Shown here piece by piece: positions 19,565-29,202 of a stretch of 64,000 nt of DNA (the first letter of the stretch is position 1; each line of letters opens with the position of its first letter). The stretch lies in the NCBI GenBank assembly GCA_045106895.1, contig JBGCFM010000039.1, positions 1 to 64,000 on the forward strand, written 5' to 3'. Both the position numbers and the translations under genes were made by a program. Origin of the DNA: Polyangiales bacterium. Lineage in GTDB: Bacteria; Myxococcota_A; Polyangia; Polyangiales; Houyiibacteriaceae. The notes under the pieces are model-generated. The model saw only the letters and a program-made list of their open reading frames with translations, was not told where the DNA came from and ran no database searches.

Positions 19565-19702
19565 GACATCACGCGCCGCCCAGCCAAATGCAGAAATGGC
19601 GAACGCTGCATCAACGACGCGCCAAGCGCGTGGGTGTTCAGCGTTCGCCAGGTTTCCTCAGCTCGTCTGTTCGAGTCGATGTCGGTTCGCGAAGAGCGAG
19701 CC

Positions 19703-19825
19703 TTAGTAGAACATCCAGCCCCAATCGAACGCATAGCTGAGTCCGTTGAGAATCACGACGACGAGAATCAAACCACCGATGCCGGCGAGGGGATTTGCGC
19801 GGCCACCACCTTCTTCTTCTGACAT
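19703..19825 (-). CDS. 40-aa single-TM small protein
   Basis: Strong RBS AAGGAGGT 6 nt before ATG; MSEEEGGGRANPLAGIGGLILVVVILNGLSYAFDWGWMFY. Confidence 0.75.
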   Translation of the reverse strand: MSEEEGGGRANPLAGIGGLILVVVILNGLSYAFDWGWMFY

Positions 19826-19941
19826 ATAGACACCTCCTTGGCGCTGAGCGTGCCAGAAGCATTCACGCAAAACAACGGCCCTGGCTGAGCTGCTGACCCA
19901 AGTGGGGGACAAGGTGGCGACAGCCCTGGTAAGGTGGGTGG

Positions 19942-21195
19942 ATGTTCATCTCTGGCATGTCCGGCAACGAGATCTTCTGCCTCGCGCAGAAAGGCCTCGA
20001 GCCCGGCGAAATCGTGGTTGGCAACAGCGTCTATTCTTTGGGGATCAGCGGCGCGCTCGGTGCGATGGGTCGCTCCTTCGCGGGCGGTGAGATCACGCAG
20101 ATTACCGATCTCATCAGCGAGGGCCGTCACCAGGCCATCATGCGAATGGAACAAGAAGCCCAACGCGACGGAGCCATCGGCGTCACCGGCGTGGAAAGCA
20201 GGCTCGGGCGCCTCGCTGGCTTCACGGAGTTCCTCGCTCAGGGCACAGGCGTTCACGCAGCGCCACGCCAAGGGCAGAACTTCTTCAGCACCGCAGCATC
20301 CGGCATCGGTCTCTACTGCCAGCTGGATGCTGGCTACATACCCGTCCGCTTTGCGATGGGAAACGTCGCGTACGCCCTGGGCCTCGGTCGCGGTATCTTG
20401 GGCAGCGTGCGAACCCTCGCGCGCGGCGAGGTTCGAGAGTTCTCCGAGATGTACAACGGCATCCGGCACACGGCGCTGCGCCGCCTTCGCGAGGAAGCCG
20501 CGTCCCAGGGCGCGAACGCGGTCGTCGACATTCAGGTCCGCATGCTGCCCTATGGGCCAGGAACCATCGAGCTCTTGCTCACGGGAACGTCGTCTTTCCA
20601 CCCAGCTATCAGCAGCGGCCGCGTCGTCGCAAACCAGGTCGTCACCAGCGAACTCAGCGGCGAGGAGCTCTGGAATCTCGCCAGCATCGGCTACGTGCCG
20701 CAGCAACTTGTGATGGCAACAAGCGTGTACTCGTTGGGCGTCGCCGCGGGGGTTGGAGCGCTCTTCAAGTCGATGCAGCGCGGTGAGCTGCCGGAGGTGA
20801 CCCGCCTAATCTATGAGGCGCGCGAAAACTGCCTGGAGCTGATTCGCCGTGAAGCCGAAGCCATCGGCGCGGACCGGGTGATGAGTACAAGGCTCACGAT
20901 TCGAGAGATCGGCTCAGGTCTCGTCGAGCTCGTTGCCGTGGGCACGGCCGTTCGAAAGGCGCCTCCGGGTATGACGCCGCAATCGCCTCAGCTCATCCCA
21001 CAAGCACTCATTCTTGACTCCGGCTCGCGCGCGACGGGCGCAAGCGTCAGCACGCTGGACAACCCCATCGCTCCCATGGGCGTGGCTCGCCGGGGCTCGG
21101 CCCAAGCGAGCGGCGCCCTCGTCGCCATCGTCGTGCTCTTCTTCGTCATGCTCAGCTGTTTGGGGACCATTCTAAGCATTGTCTTTGCCAACTAA
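19942..21195 (+). CDS. YbjQ/UPF0145 heavy-metal-binding-domain protein (three tandem repeats plus C-terminal TM)
   Basis: Three repeats ending R..A..R...EA...GA..V...GT; C-terminal hydrophobic anchor. Confidence 0.85.
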   Translation: MFISGMSGNEIFCLAQKGLEPGEIVVGNSVYSLGISGALGAMGRSFAGGEITQITDLISEGRHQAIMRMEQEAQRDGAIGVTGVESRLGRLAGFTEFLAQGTGVHAAPRQGQNFFSTAASGIGLYCQLDAGYIPVRFAMGNVAYALGLGRGILGSVRTLARGEVREFSEMYNGIRHTALRRLREEAASQGANAVVDIQVRMLPYGPGTIELLLTGTSSFHPAISSGRVVANQVVTSELSGEELWNLASIGYVPQQLVMATSVYSLGVAAGVGALFKSMQRGELPEVTRLIYEARENCLELIRREAEAIGADRVMSTRLTIREIGSGLVELVAVGTAVRKAPPGMTPQSPQLIPQALILDSGSRATGASVSTLDNPIAPMGVARRGSAQASGALVAIVVLFFVMLSCLGTILSIVFAN

Positions 21196-21199
21196 GATC

Positions 21200-22438
21200 A
21201 TGACGACGACGTACACAAAATGTTTGCTGCTCCTCTGCCTCGGCTGCGCCCAAGGAGTGCCGACGAACATCGACGGCGGAGGGCGACGTGACGGCGCTAT
21301 CCCTGGCGACGTTCCCGTCGCGGACTCGATAAATCTGCCCGACGCGGGGCCTGCGTCCTGCGTCCCATTGAATGCGGGAACCTGGCGAGAGCTCGGTCGG
21401 CCGAGCGTCGCTTCGGCTCCGCACGCAGACACCGTGGTGGCACCCGACGGAACGCTCGCTCGGATTTCCCTCGCGGGCACGCCTCCCTCCCCCCTCGTCG
21501 AAGTCTTCGATGCAGGGACCTGGCGTGCGCTGGGGGTGTTTCCTGAAACCAACGCGAACGCGAACGTGGTCGGACTCTCACACGACGGCGTGTCCTTCGT
21601 CGCGATGTGGGCGCGAACCAACGCCGGCACAGACCGCCCCGTTGTCTACCGCCTAGTCGCAGGAATGTGGACCGAACAAATCGTCCTCGGCGGCGGCGCT
21701 CCTGCGAGTACGTCTGTCGCCGGCTCCGCCTCACTCTGGGCATCTGGCGGAGTGGTGCGTGTGGCGGGCCTACAGCAGCTCGGCGGCTTTGAGACCCGGC
21801 AGGTCGTTGTGGCAGAGCACCGCGGCACGAGCATGGCGCTGCCAAATCCGCCCAGCGAGAACATGGGAGCATTCACGCCAAGCTTGGCTCACCGCGGAGC
21901 TTCGCTGGTGTTGGCTTGGAGCGAAGGGAGCGACCTACGGCTTGCGCGCTACGATAGCGCTTGGACGAGCTGGACGACCGCCGGGCTCTTCATGGGCCTC
22001 CCCTCCAACCCTCGCGCGGCGTCCAGTGACGCGGCACTTTGGGTCGCGGGCACGGACTTCATCGACGCCAGTACCAACGTCGTCCGTCTCTTCCGTGTGG
22101 AAGAAGATACCCTTGTTCCGGCGACTGGCCCCTTCGACAGAGAGCCAGCGACGGGACCGGCCTTCGTCGCTGATATGGAAGTGGATTCGATGGGTCGCGC
22201 GGTCCTGGCGATGGAAGAGCCCGCCGCCCCGGGTCTCCCAGCGCGCCACGTTCACGTCGTTCGTATGGAGGACTTGACCGGCGCGCCGCTGGGCCCCGCC
22301 ATCGACGCCATCCCCGGAACGAATGGAACCGCCAGCCTCGTCATCGACGGCTGCGACTGGCCCGTTCTTAGCGTCGTCGAGCGACTCGAGCCGGGTAGTT
22401 CCGAGTACGAGGTCCGAACCTATCGCTTCGAGGACTAG
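21200..22438 (+). CDS. Hypothetical lipoprotein, beta-rich (propeller-like)
   Basis: Lipobox CLGC; repeated Trp-containing beta hairpins. Confidence 0.7.
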   Translation: MTTTYTKCLLLLCLGCAQGVPTNIDGGGRRDGAIPGDVPVADSINLPDAGPASCVPLNAGTWRELGRPSVASAPHADTVVAPDGTLARISLAGTPPSPLVEVFDAGTWRALGVFPETNANANVVGLSHDGVSFVAMWARTNAGTDRPVVYRLVAGMWTEQIVLGGGAPASTSVAGSASLWASGGVVRVAGLQQLGGFETRQVVVAEHRGTSMALPNPPSENMGAFTPSLAHRGASLVLAWSEGSDLRLARYDSAWTSWTTAGLFMGLPSNPRAASSDAALWVAGTDFIDASTNVVRLFRVEEDTLVPATGPFDREPATGPAFVADMEVDSMGRAVLAMEEPAAPGLPARHVHVVRMEDLTGAPLGPAIDAIPGTNGTASLVIDGCDWPVLSVVERLEPGSSEYEVRTYRFED

Positions 22439-22480
22439 CGCACGCGGCACGAGTTCTCTCGAACTCTCGAAGACTGTGCG

Positions 22481-23878
22481 TCAGTCCGCGCTCGGAGAGT
22501 CAAAACCCTCCATCATCGCCTGGAGCAGGACTTCAGCGACGCGTTGGTAGCCGCGCCTCGTGTAGTGAACGTAGTCACCGGCGCCGAAACTCGGTGTCAT
22601 GGACACCCACTCGACCATGCTCAGTGGCCCTCCGCTCAGCGCCACTAGGTCAAAGAACCCACAGCCGTTTTCGACGGCGACGCGGTGCTGACTCTCGATG
22701 AGAGCGGCGGTTCGCGGACGATCCACGAAGGTGTCTCCCTGGCGGATGGGCCGGTCCGAAGGACCGATGAGGAGGCAGGAGGCATTCGGCGCGACTTCGC
22801 GCACACGGCCCACCACCTGCCGTAGCTGATTCTCGTATCGGTGAATCGGCAGCTCGTCGCCGCTCTCGTTCGTTCCGTACGCGATGACCACAAGGTCCGC
22901 TTGTCGTCGCCGAAGGTGCTCGCGGTACATCGTGTCTTCCCAGACCAAATGGTAACGCGCGCGGGCTCCGTTGATGCCGAGGGTGTCGACAATAACGCCG
23001 GGCTCCTCGCGTTCCGCGGCCACACCAAAGAGGCGAACGGGACCGTCTCCTTGGACACGTACTTCAAATGTGTGCGGTGCGTCCTCGACGCGATACGTCG
23101 CATAGCCGCTGCCACGCTCGTCGGCGGCGCTCTGCACCGTCTCGACGCGACGTCCGTCGATGAACACGTCGAATGCGCCACCGCCGGGCTGCTTGAGGTA
23201 GTAGAGATCGAAGAGACCCGCCGTGCGGCCAATCTCACCCCGCGTCGCGGTACTTACGCGGCCGAAGGCGCCCGGCGAGCTCGACTCGACGAAGGTACCG
23301 GCGATGCCGAAGTGGTCGACGTCGCGCACACCCGCGCGAACCTTGGTGGCAGACCAGCGCCCGCGACTAGACTGAAGATCGATGCCCCGGTGACGATAGC
23401 TTCGCCACGGATGGGCGGGGACGATGACGCCGTGGCCCGCGTCGCCAAAGCGTGTCTGCAACACCTCTCGGACGTGGCCGGAGATAAAGTCGCTCGCCAC
23501 ATGAGAGGCGCCGTAAAAGACGAGACGTGCTTGGCCTTCGCCGCGCTGAGCACGGCGCAGCGCGGCGTGGAGCGCCGCCATCGAGCGTCCATCGCCATCC
23601 TCAATGGCGATATCGTAGCCGGGCACACCATCGCTGGGCGGCCTGATAAGTCGGGGACCTGTTCGTTCGACGACGGGCGGTGGCCCTTCTGGCTCGTTCG
23701 GAGGGACCACCGGCGCAGCTCGGCGCACGGGGCCATCCACCGGAAGCGCCAGCTCGATGGGATCATCGTCGGCGCTCGCCGGCGCCGCGGCGCCGTAGAC
23801 CGCGGCCCAGAGACCAGCAGCAACGCCGGCAACGGCCATCACGGCGGTCGGAGATTGGGCTACGCGGCGGGGGAACAT
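22481..23878 (-). CDS. Periplasmic SGNH/GDSL hydrolase or O-acetyltransferase (PatB/Ape-like)
   Basis: YGASH, LGINGA, YGTNE, DYVH..GY SGNH blocks; signal peptide. Confidence 0.85.
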   Translation of the reverse strand: MFPRRVAQSPTAVMAVAGVAAGLWAAVYGAAAPASADDDPIELALPVDGPVRRAAPVVPPNEPEGPPPVVERTGPRLIRPPSDGVPGYDIAIEDGDGRSMAALHAALRRAQRGEGQARLVFYGASHVASDFISGHVREVLQTRFGDAGHGVIVPAHPWRSYRHRGIDLQSSRGRWSATKVRAGVRDVDHFGIAGTFVESSSPGAFGRVSTATRGEIGRTAGLFDLYYLKQPGGGAFDVFIDGRRVETVQSAADERGSGYATYRVEDAPHTFEVRVQGDGPVRLFGVAAEREEPGVIVDTLGINGARARYHLVWEDTMYREHLRRRQADLVVIAYGTNESGDELPIHRYENQLRQVVGRVREVAPNASCLLIGPSDRPIRQGDTFVDRPRTAALIESQHRVAVENGCGFFDLVALSGGPLSMVEWVSMTPSFGAGDYVHYTRRGYQRVAEVLLQAMMEGFDSPSAD

Positions 23879-23949
23879 ACTTCGGTCTCGCCGATTGGAT
23901 CCACGGCGTCAAATTTGACGCAGCTTCCGCAGATCAATACTGGCGCGAG

Positions 23950-24408
23950 TCACCCGTTGACGGGGTCAGGCTCACGAAAGCTTCGCGGCAGCAGGCTCCA
24001 GGTTCCCAGCGCCAGAGCGACGAGGCGTCTGTTCTCGCCTTCTCCTTGGTAAGCGCGAGCCTCGGCGTGAAGAATGTGCCTTCCTTCGCGGAGCACCTTT
24101 CCTTCCGCGATGAGTTCCGTGTCTCGGACGGTCTCGAGGAGATTGATCTTGAGCTCGTTGGTGGCGACCCATCGCCCGCCGGAGCGCGTCGCGCAGGCAA
24201 AGTAGCCCGCGTTGTCGAGGAGACCCATGAGGACCCCGCCGTGGAGCGCGCCTCCGCCGTGGCACAAGCGTGCATCGAAGGGCATCGCGATGGAGACCTC
24301 TCCCGCACCGATGGAACGGATCGTCTGCGGAATGTGCTGGATGATAGGCGCTTGAAGAAACAACCGCTTCAGGAGTTCAAAGTACGCCGCATCGCCGGAC
24401 TCACTCAT
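23950..24408 (-). CDS. PaaI-family thioesterase
   Basis: LHGGVLMGLLDNA, T.ELKIN.L hot-dog motif. Confidence 0.9.
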   Translation of the reverse strand: MSESGDAAYFELLKRLFLQAPIIQHIPQTIRSIGAGEVSIAMPFDARLCHGGGALHGGVLMGLLDNAGYFACATRSGGRWVATNELKINLLETVRDTELIAEGKVLREGRHILHAEARAYQGEGENRRLVALALGTWSLLPRSFREPDPVNG

Positions 24409-24414
24409 GACGGG

Positions 24415-26334
24415 CTAGAGCTCGTCTTCACGAAGGAAGGTCGGGGCGTCGATGGACGGCTGCGTGTTTTCTTCGGGCTCGTCGGACTCGAGGGCGTCGA
24501 GATCCGGCAGCGACTGAATGAAGGTGAGGTCATCGAAGTCATCGAGGGCAGCGCTCTCTTCGGCGGTCTCGTCCGTGAACTCGGGAACAGCGGAAGGGGC
24601 CGCAGTCGACGCGTCGCTGGCCGGCGGAGCGGAGTCCAGAGACCCGAGATCCGCGCTCTCGGAACCCGAACGGGTCACCTCGGCACTGAGCGGCTCAGCG
24701 TCTGGCAGAGATTCCATCTTGCGCAGATACTCCCCGACGGCGCCGGCGGAGTACATCTTCGTCGAATCGTCGAAGTCGAACTCGCCGCCTCCACCGCCTG
24801 CGCCGAGACCCGCTTCCTGGGCCAAGGTCTCCGCTCGAACCTGTAGGTTCCCCGTCGTCGCATCGGACATCGGCGCGTCGGCCATCGGCGCAGCGACTTC
24901 GTCGATGGCGCCCTGCTCAGTTCGCTCGTCGACCCTTTCATCAAAGGTGGCGTGTTTGAACTCAGAGCTCGACGCAGGCGCGCGGAGTTTTGCTCCACGC
25001 GACGTCGGCGGCCCCGGATCCAAGGGTTCCAAGTCGGACGGCATTGACCCGCCGCCGAAAGAGCGAGTCACGTCATCCCAGGAAGGCGCATCACTTCCAA
25101 GGGGAAGCGCCGTCGAGTCATGCTCAACGATAGGAACCGCGCTCACTTCGTCGTCGAAGGGGATCGACGAGACGTCGGAATCGATGAGGTCCACGATGGA
25201 CAGCTCTTCGACGCCAGACACGTCCGAGAACGAACGGCTGGGGTCCTGCGCACTCGGTGCCGGTCGGCCAGTGCTCCCACGCTGAGAGACCGTCGCCGGG
25301 ACCACGCTCTGCGGCACCGCGCTCACGAGGTCACGCGCTTCGGCGTTCCGAGGGAGCTTCGTTTCGACGGAGCGGATGGTCTCGCGGCGAGATGGAACCC
25401 CAGCGTTGTTTCCCTTCTGGTCCTCGGGAAAGAGGAGCAACATGTGCTTGCTCGCCGAGCGCCTCCGCACCGGCATCCCCGCGTCGACGGCGAAGGACAT
25501 GAGCGCTTCCTGCATCTCCGCGGCGGACTGATACCGGCGGGCGGGGTCGGACTCAAGAGCCTTCCGCACGATCATTTGAAGCTGCATAGGCAGTTCAGGA
25601 CGGACCGCTCGAAGAGGCGGCACCATCGCTCGCTGAACGGCGACGACGGTGTCCGCGTCGTTGTTTCGCAAGAAAAGACGCTCCCCTGTCAGCCACTCGT
25701 AGAAGCAAGTGCCCAGACTAAAGATATCGCTTCGGTAATCGATACTCTCGCCGCGCGCTTGCTCCGCCGATAAGTACGCGAGCTTGCCTTTGACGACGCC
25801 GGCTTGTGTGGTGACGAGCCGGCCTTGTGCTTTGGCGAGACCAAAGTCGATAACCTTCACGGCGCCTTCGTGGGACACCAAAATGTTCTGTGGCGAAATG
25901 TCGCGATGAATGAAACGTAGGGGCTCGCCGGTCGCGCCGCGTGCGAAGTGGGCGTGCTGAAGCGCCTCACAGATCTTCACGCATGTGTAGACGACGAAGG
26001 AGAGTGGGAGGTGGCGCCCCATCTTCTTCTGACGCGCCGCCACGGACTTCATGTCACGCCCCTCGATGTACTCGAGGGCGATGAAGAGCTCCCCGCCGTC
26101 TCGGCCGAGGTCGTAGATCTGTGCGATGTTTGGATGCTGAAGCTGAACCGCGATTTTCGCTTCATCGATGAACATGCGAACGAAGTCGGGATCGGCGGCG
26201 ATGTTTGGCAGAATCCGCTTCACGGCCACCATGCGCTCGAAACCCTGCGCCCCCGAATGGCGGGCCTTGAAGACCTCCGCCATGCCTCCGATCCCGATGC
26301 GCTCGAGCAGCTCATAAGGTCCGATTTGGGCCAC
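24415..26334 (-). CDS. Cytoplasmic Ser/Thr kinase with long acidic disordered tail
   Basis: IGIGGMAEVF, VAVK, HRDISPQN, DFG, KGKLAYLSAEQ; D/E/S/P-rich C-terminal half. Confidence 0.95.
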   Translation of the reverse strand: MAQIGPYELLERIGIGGMAEVFKARHSGAQGFERMVAVKRILPNIAADPDFVRMFIDEAKIAVQLQHPNIAQIYDLGRDGGELFIALEYIEGRDMKSVAARQKKMGRHLPLSFVVYTCVKICEALQHAHFARGATGEPLRFIHRDISPQNILVSHEGAVKVIDFGLAKAQGRLVTTQAGVVKGKLAYLSAEQARGESIDYRSDIFSLGTCFYEWLTGERLFLRNNDADTVVAVQRAMVPPLRAVRPELPMQLQMIVRKALESDPARRYQSAAEMQEALMSFAVDAGMPVRRRSASKHMLLLFPEDQKGNNAGVPSRRETIRSVETKLPRNAEARDLVSAVPQSVVPATVSQRGSTGRPAPSAQDPSRSFSDVSGVEELSIVDLIDSDVSSIPFDDEVSAVPIVEHDSTALPLGSDAPSWDDVTRSFGGGSMPSDLEPLDPGPPTSRGAKLRAPASSSEFKHATFDERVDERTEQGAIDEVAAPMADAPMSDATTGNLQVRAETLAQEAGLGAGGGGGEFDFDDSTKMYSAGAVGEYLRKMESLPDAEPLSAEVTRSGSESADLGSLDSAPPASDASTAAPSAVPEFTDETAEESAALDDFDDLTFIQSLPDLDALESDEPEENTQPSIDAPTFLREDEL

Positions 26335-26397
26335 GAAGCGAGCATCGCGCGGAAGAGCCGAGCTTTCAAGGAATGAAGAAAGCCCTATGATGCGCTC

Positions 26398-26946
26398 ATG
26401 ACTCTTCCTCCTCCTTCAAGGCGCCCTGGAACCCCTTACGAAGACGGCCGGATTCGCCTCGAGGAGTACGACGTGCCAGGGAGCGACGGCGAAATGCACA
26501 TGCGCACGGTGGTTCGCCATCCCGGCGCCGTCGTCCTGCTGCCCATGAAAGACGATGGAAAGATTGTCCTCGTGCGGAACTACCGCCTACCTCTCAATCG
26601 ACATCTAGTGGAGTTGCCCGCCGGTTGCCTTGAAAAAGGGGAAGAAGTGCTCACCGCCGCCCACCGCGAGCTGGCGGAGGAAACGGGCTACCGCGCAGGG
26701 AAACTGACCTGGCTCATGGCGTTTTACCCAAGTCCCGGCCTTCTTGATGAGCGAATGGACGTCTTTGTGGCGCAGGAGCTGACACCAGGAGAACGCCACC
26801 TCGACGCCACTGAACGTATGGAGGTCGTGGAGTGGCCCCTCGCGCAGCTGGTGGCCGCCATCGACGAGGGAGAGATCGATGACGCGAAGACGATCGCGGC
26901 CACCCTTCGGATGTTGCGGCACCCCGATTTTCCCGGCGAACCGTAA
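26398..26946 (+). CDS. NUDIX hydrolase (ADP-ribose pyrophosphatase-like)
   Basis: ELPAGCLEKGEEVLTAAHRELAEETGY Nudix box, SPG, DAKT. Confidence 0.9.
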   Translation: MTLPPPSRRPGTPYEDGRIRLEEYDVPGSDGEMHMRTVVRHPGAVVLLPMKDDGKIVLVRNYRLPLNRHLVELPAGCLEKGEEVLTAAHRELAEETGYRAGKLTWLMAFYPSPGLLDERMDVFVAQELTPGERHLDATERMEVVEWPLAQLVAAIDEGEIDDAKTIAATLRMLRHPDFPGEP

Positions 26947-26988
26947 GTGGTTTGACTCCAGGGCTCACCTCGTCCATTTTCGCCCTCA

Positions 26989-28200
26989 GTGGGATTCTTC
27001 CAAATCTTTCAAGATGATCCGTACATCGCGCTCATCCCGTTTTTCAGCGCGTTCGTCGGCTGGTTCACAAACGTCCTTGCCGTCCGCATGATGTTCTACC
27101 CGACGGAGTTCGTCGGGGTCGCCAAGCCGTGGCTTGGTTGGCAGGGACTCGTGCCCGCCAACGCGCGTCGCCTGGCGCGGATGTCCACGGAGCTGATCCT
27201 TACGAAGCTACTTTCCCTCAAGGAGCTCTTCGGAAGCTTCAAGGGTGAGGAGTTCGCCGAAGAGCTCGACGCCGTGGTCAACGACACCTCGCAGCAGATC
27301 CTCGACGAGATCAAAGCCCGCGTTCCCGTTCTTTGGGACAACGCCGGCGAGTTCATGCAGAAGACGATCGAAGACGGGGTTCGCGTGAAGGTTCGCGAAG
27401 TCACCATTAAGATCGTCGATGACTTTGGTGACAACATCGAAGATGTCCTCGACCTTGAGCGCGTCGTCATCGACGCCGTCGTCAAAGACAAGAAGCTCAT
27501 GAGCATGATGTTCCTCCAGGTTGGAGAAGCAGAGTTCAAGTTTATCGAGCGCTCCGGCATCTGGTTCGGGCTTCTCTTCGGCATCATTCAGATGGTCGTG
27601 TGGGCCTACTTCCCAGCCGACTGGGTCTTGCCGCTGGCTGGGTTCTTTGTCGGCTACGCGACAAACTGGGTGGCGCTCAAGCTCATCTTCCAGCCGCGAT
27701 ACCCCAAGAAGTTTGGGCCCTTCACCATTCACGGCCTCTTCCACAAGCGGCAAAAAGAGGTCGCCGGTGCGTTCTCGAAGCTGACGGCGGGCAAAGTCCT
27801 CAACGCCGACAACATCACCGAGACCATCACCACCGGCGAGACCTCCGAGAAGATCTTCGGCATCGTCACAGGCCGCATCAACGAGCTCATCGATGAGTAC
27901 GAAGGTCACCCCATGCTTGCCATGGCCGTCCCAGAAGCGGAGCGCACGGAGATTCGGACGGAGATTGTCCAGCGCATTCGCGACGAGCTGCCCAAGCCTG
28001 GTGGACTGCTTCATACCTTTGCGGGCAAGTCCGTAAACATCCAAGACGAGCTCGAATCGCGCATGCAAGAGCTTCCCCCAGAGGAATTTGAAGGCGTCCT
28101 TCGACCGGCGTTTCAGCAGGACGAGTGGAAGCTCATCCTCGCCGGCGCAGCGCTCGGCTTTGCAGCCGGCGTGCTTCAGTTCGTCTACGTCTTCTCCTAG
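26989..28200 (+). CDS. DUF445-family membrane protein
   Basis: Duplicated VGW.TN.LA..M.F.P...QG.VP motif, DEWKLI..GA.LG end. Confidence 0.85.
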   Translation: MGFFQIFQDDPYIALIPFFSAFVGWFTNVLAVRMMFYPTEFVGVAKPWLGWQGLVPANARRLARMSTELILTKLLSLKELFGSFKGEEFAEELDAVVNDTSQQILDEIKARVPVLWDNAGEFMQKTIEDGVRVKVREVTIKIVDDFGDNIEDVLDLERVVIDAVVKDKKLMSMMFLQVGEAEFKFIERSGIWFGLLFGIIQMVVWAYFPADWVLPLAGFFVGYATNWVALKLIFQPRYPKKFGPFTIHGLFHKRQKEVAGAFSKLTAGKVLNADNITETITTGETSEKIFGIVTGRINELIDEYEGHPMLAMAVPEAERTEIRTEIVQRIRDELPKPGGLLHTFAGKSVNIQDELESRMQELPPEEFEGVLRPAFQQDEWKLILAGAALGFAAGVLQFVYVFS

Positions 28201-28210
28201 GACTGGTTGT

Positions 28211-28376
28211 CTAGCAGGACTGTGAAAAAGGCCGTTCGTCGATTCGTGGACTGAATGCGTTGGCAAGTGCGTCCAATTCACGTCTGCCTATGGACATAGG
28301 TGGCACGAATCGGATGGCGTTTGACTGCGTGTTCATGCCGCGAAGCGGCCTGCGGAGTTTTTCACAGTCCTGCTAG
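28211..28376. mobile_element. MITE-like non-autonomous element with 19-bp perfect terminal inverted repeat
   Basis: CTAGCAGGACTGTGAAAAA ... TTTTTCACAGTCCTGCTAG; internally self-complementary; no convincing gene. Confidence 0.75.
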
Positions 28377-28383
28377 GGTCGTC

Positions 28384-29202
28384 CTAGACGAGGTCGGGGC
28401 GTGGCCTCGACGTCCACCCGAGGGCCCAGCCCATCGTGTAGCGCGCGTTGATCTCGGAGACATGAGTCCAGCCGAGCTCGCTGCGGTGGGCGTCGATGTT
28501 AAAGGGTCCGAAGTAGCCAATATCCGCCAAATGCTGCCCCGCTCGCCGGCACGCTTGTCGGAGCTCCGGCACCGCCCGCGTCGTCGCTTTCGACGCGCGC
28601 CACTGGCCGCGGACAACGTGCTGTTCGACAGGGTCCCCAACGTCGATGCGCCCATCACCGTGCACGAACCCCGGCATCCCGAGCTCTTCTTCGATGCAAA
28701 GCCAAGGCTCGACGCAGACAGGCCCGCGGTCGAGGGAGGCGCGAAGCCAAGCGCGATCTGCCTCTGTCACGTCACTTGAAATACGCCGCTGCCCGCCGCC
28801 CGCGAAACTCAGATCACGTTTGAGCAATCGCGCGCCGCCGGGTTGAAGGTCGACTTCGTCGGCGAGCAGATAAACGCCCGAGCGAGGAAAATGGCTGACG
28901 GAGAAATGACGGGAGTTCGCCTCCCGCAAGATGCGCTCGTCCGGTGCTTCCACAAACGCACCCGCGTCGCGAAGCGCACCGATTGCCGCGGACGTCGGAA
29001 GGAACGCGCGCCCTTCCCTCGCTTCGCTCTTCGTCGCGCAGGAGCCAACAAACCAATCATCTCCCTCGGGCACGAGGGCAGCGGCGAGCATCGTCGCGGC
29101 GGCTTGTGACTTTTTGCGTGCCGCCGAACTAAGCACCCGCCCTTCCAACTCCAACTCGGCGCCCAGATTGAGCAACCACAGCCGCTTCACGTTGGCATCC
29201 AT
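28384..29202 (-). CDS. ATP-grasp-like protein of unknown function
   Basis: LLKRDLSFAGGG, VCVEPWL, GYFGPFNIDA, EINARYTMG ATP-grasp-like motifs. Confidence 0.7.
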   Translation of the reverse strand: MDANVKRLWLLNLGAELELEGRVLSSAARKKSQAAATMLAAALVPEGDDWFVGSCATKSEAREGRAFLPTSAAIGALRDAGAFVEAPDERILREANSRHFSVSHFPRSGVYLLADEVDLQPGGARLLKRDLSFAGGGQRRISSDVTEADRAWLRASLDRGPVCVEPWLCIEEELGMPGFVHGDGRIDVGDPVEQHVVRGQWRASKATTRAVPELRQACRRAGQHLADIGYFGPFNIDAHRSELGWTHVSEINARYTMGWALGWTSRPRPDLV

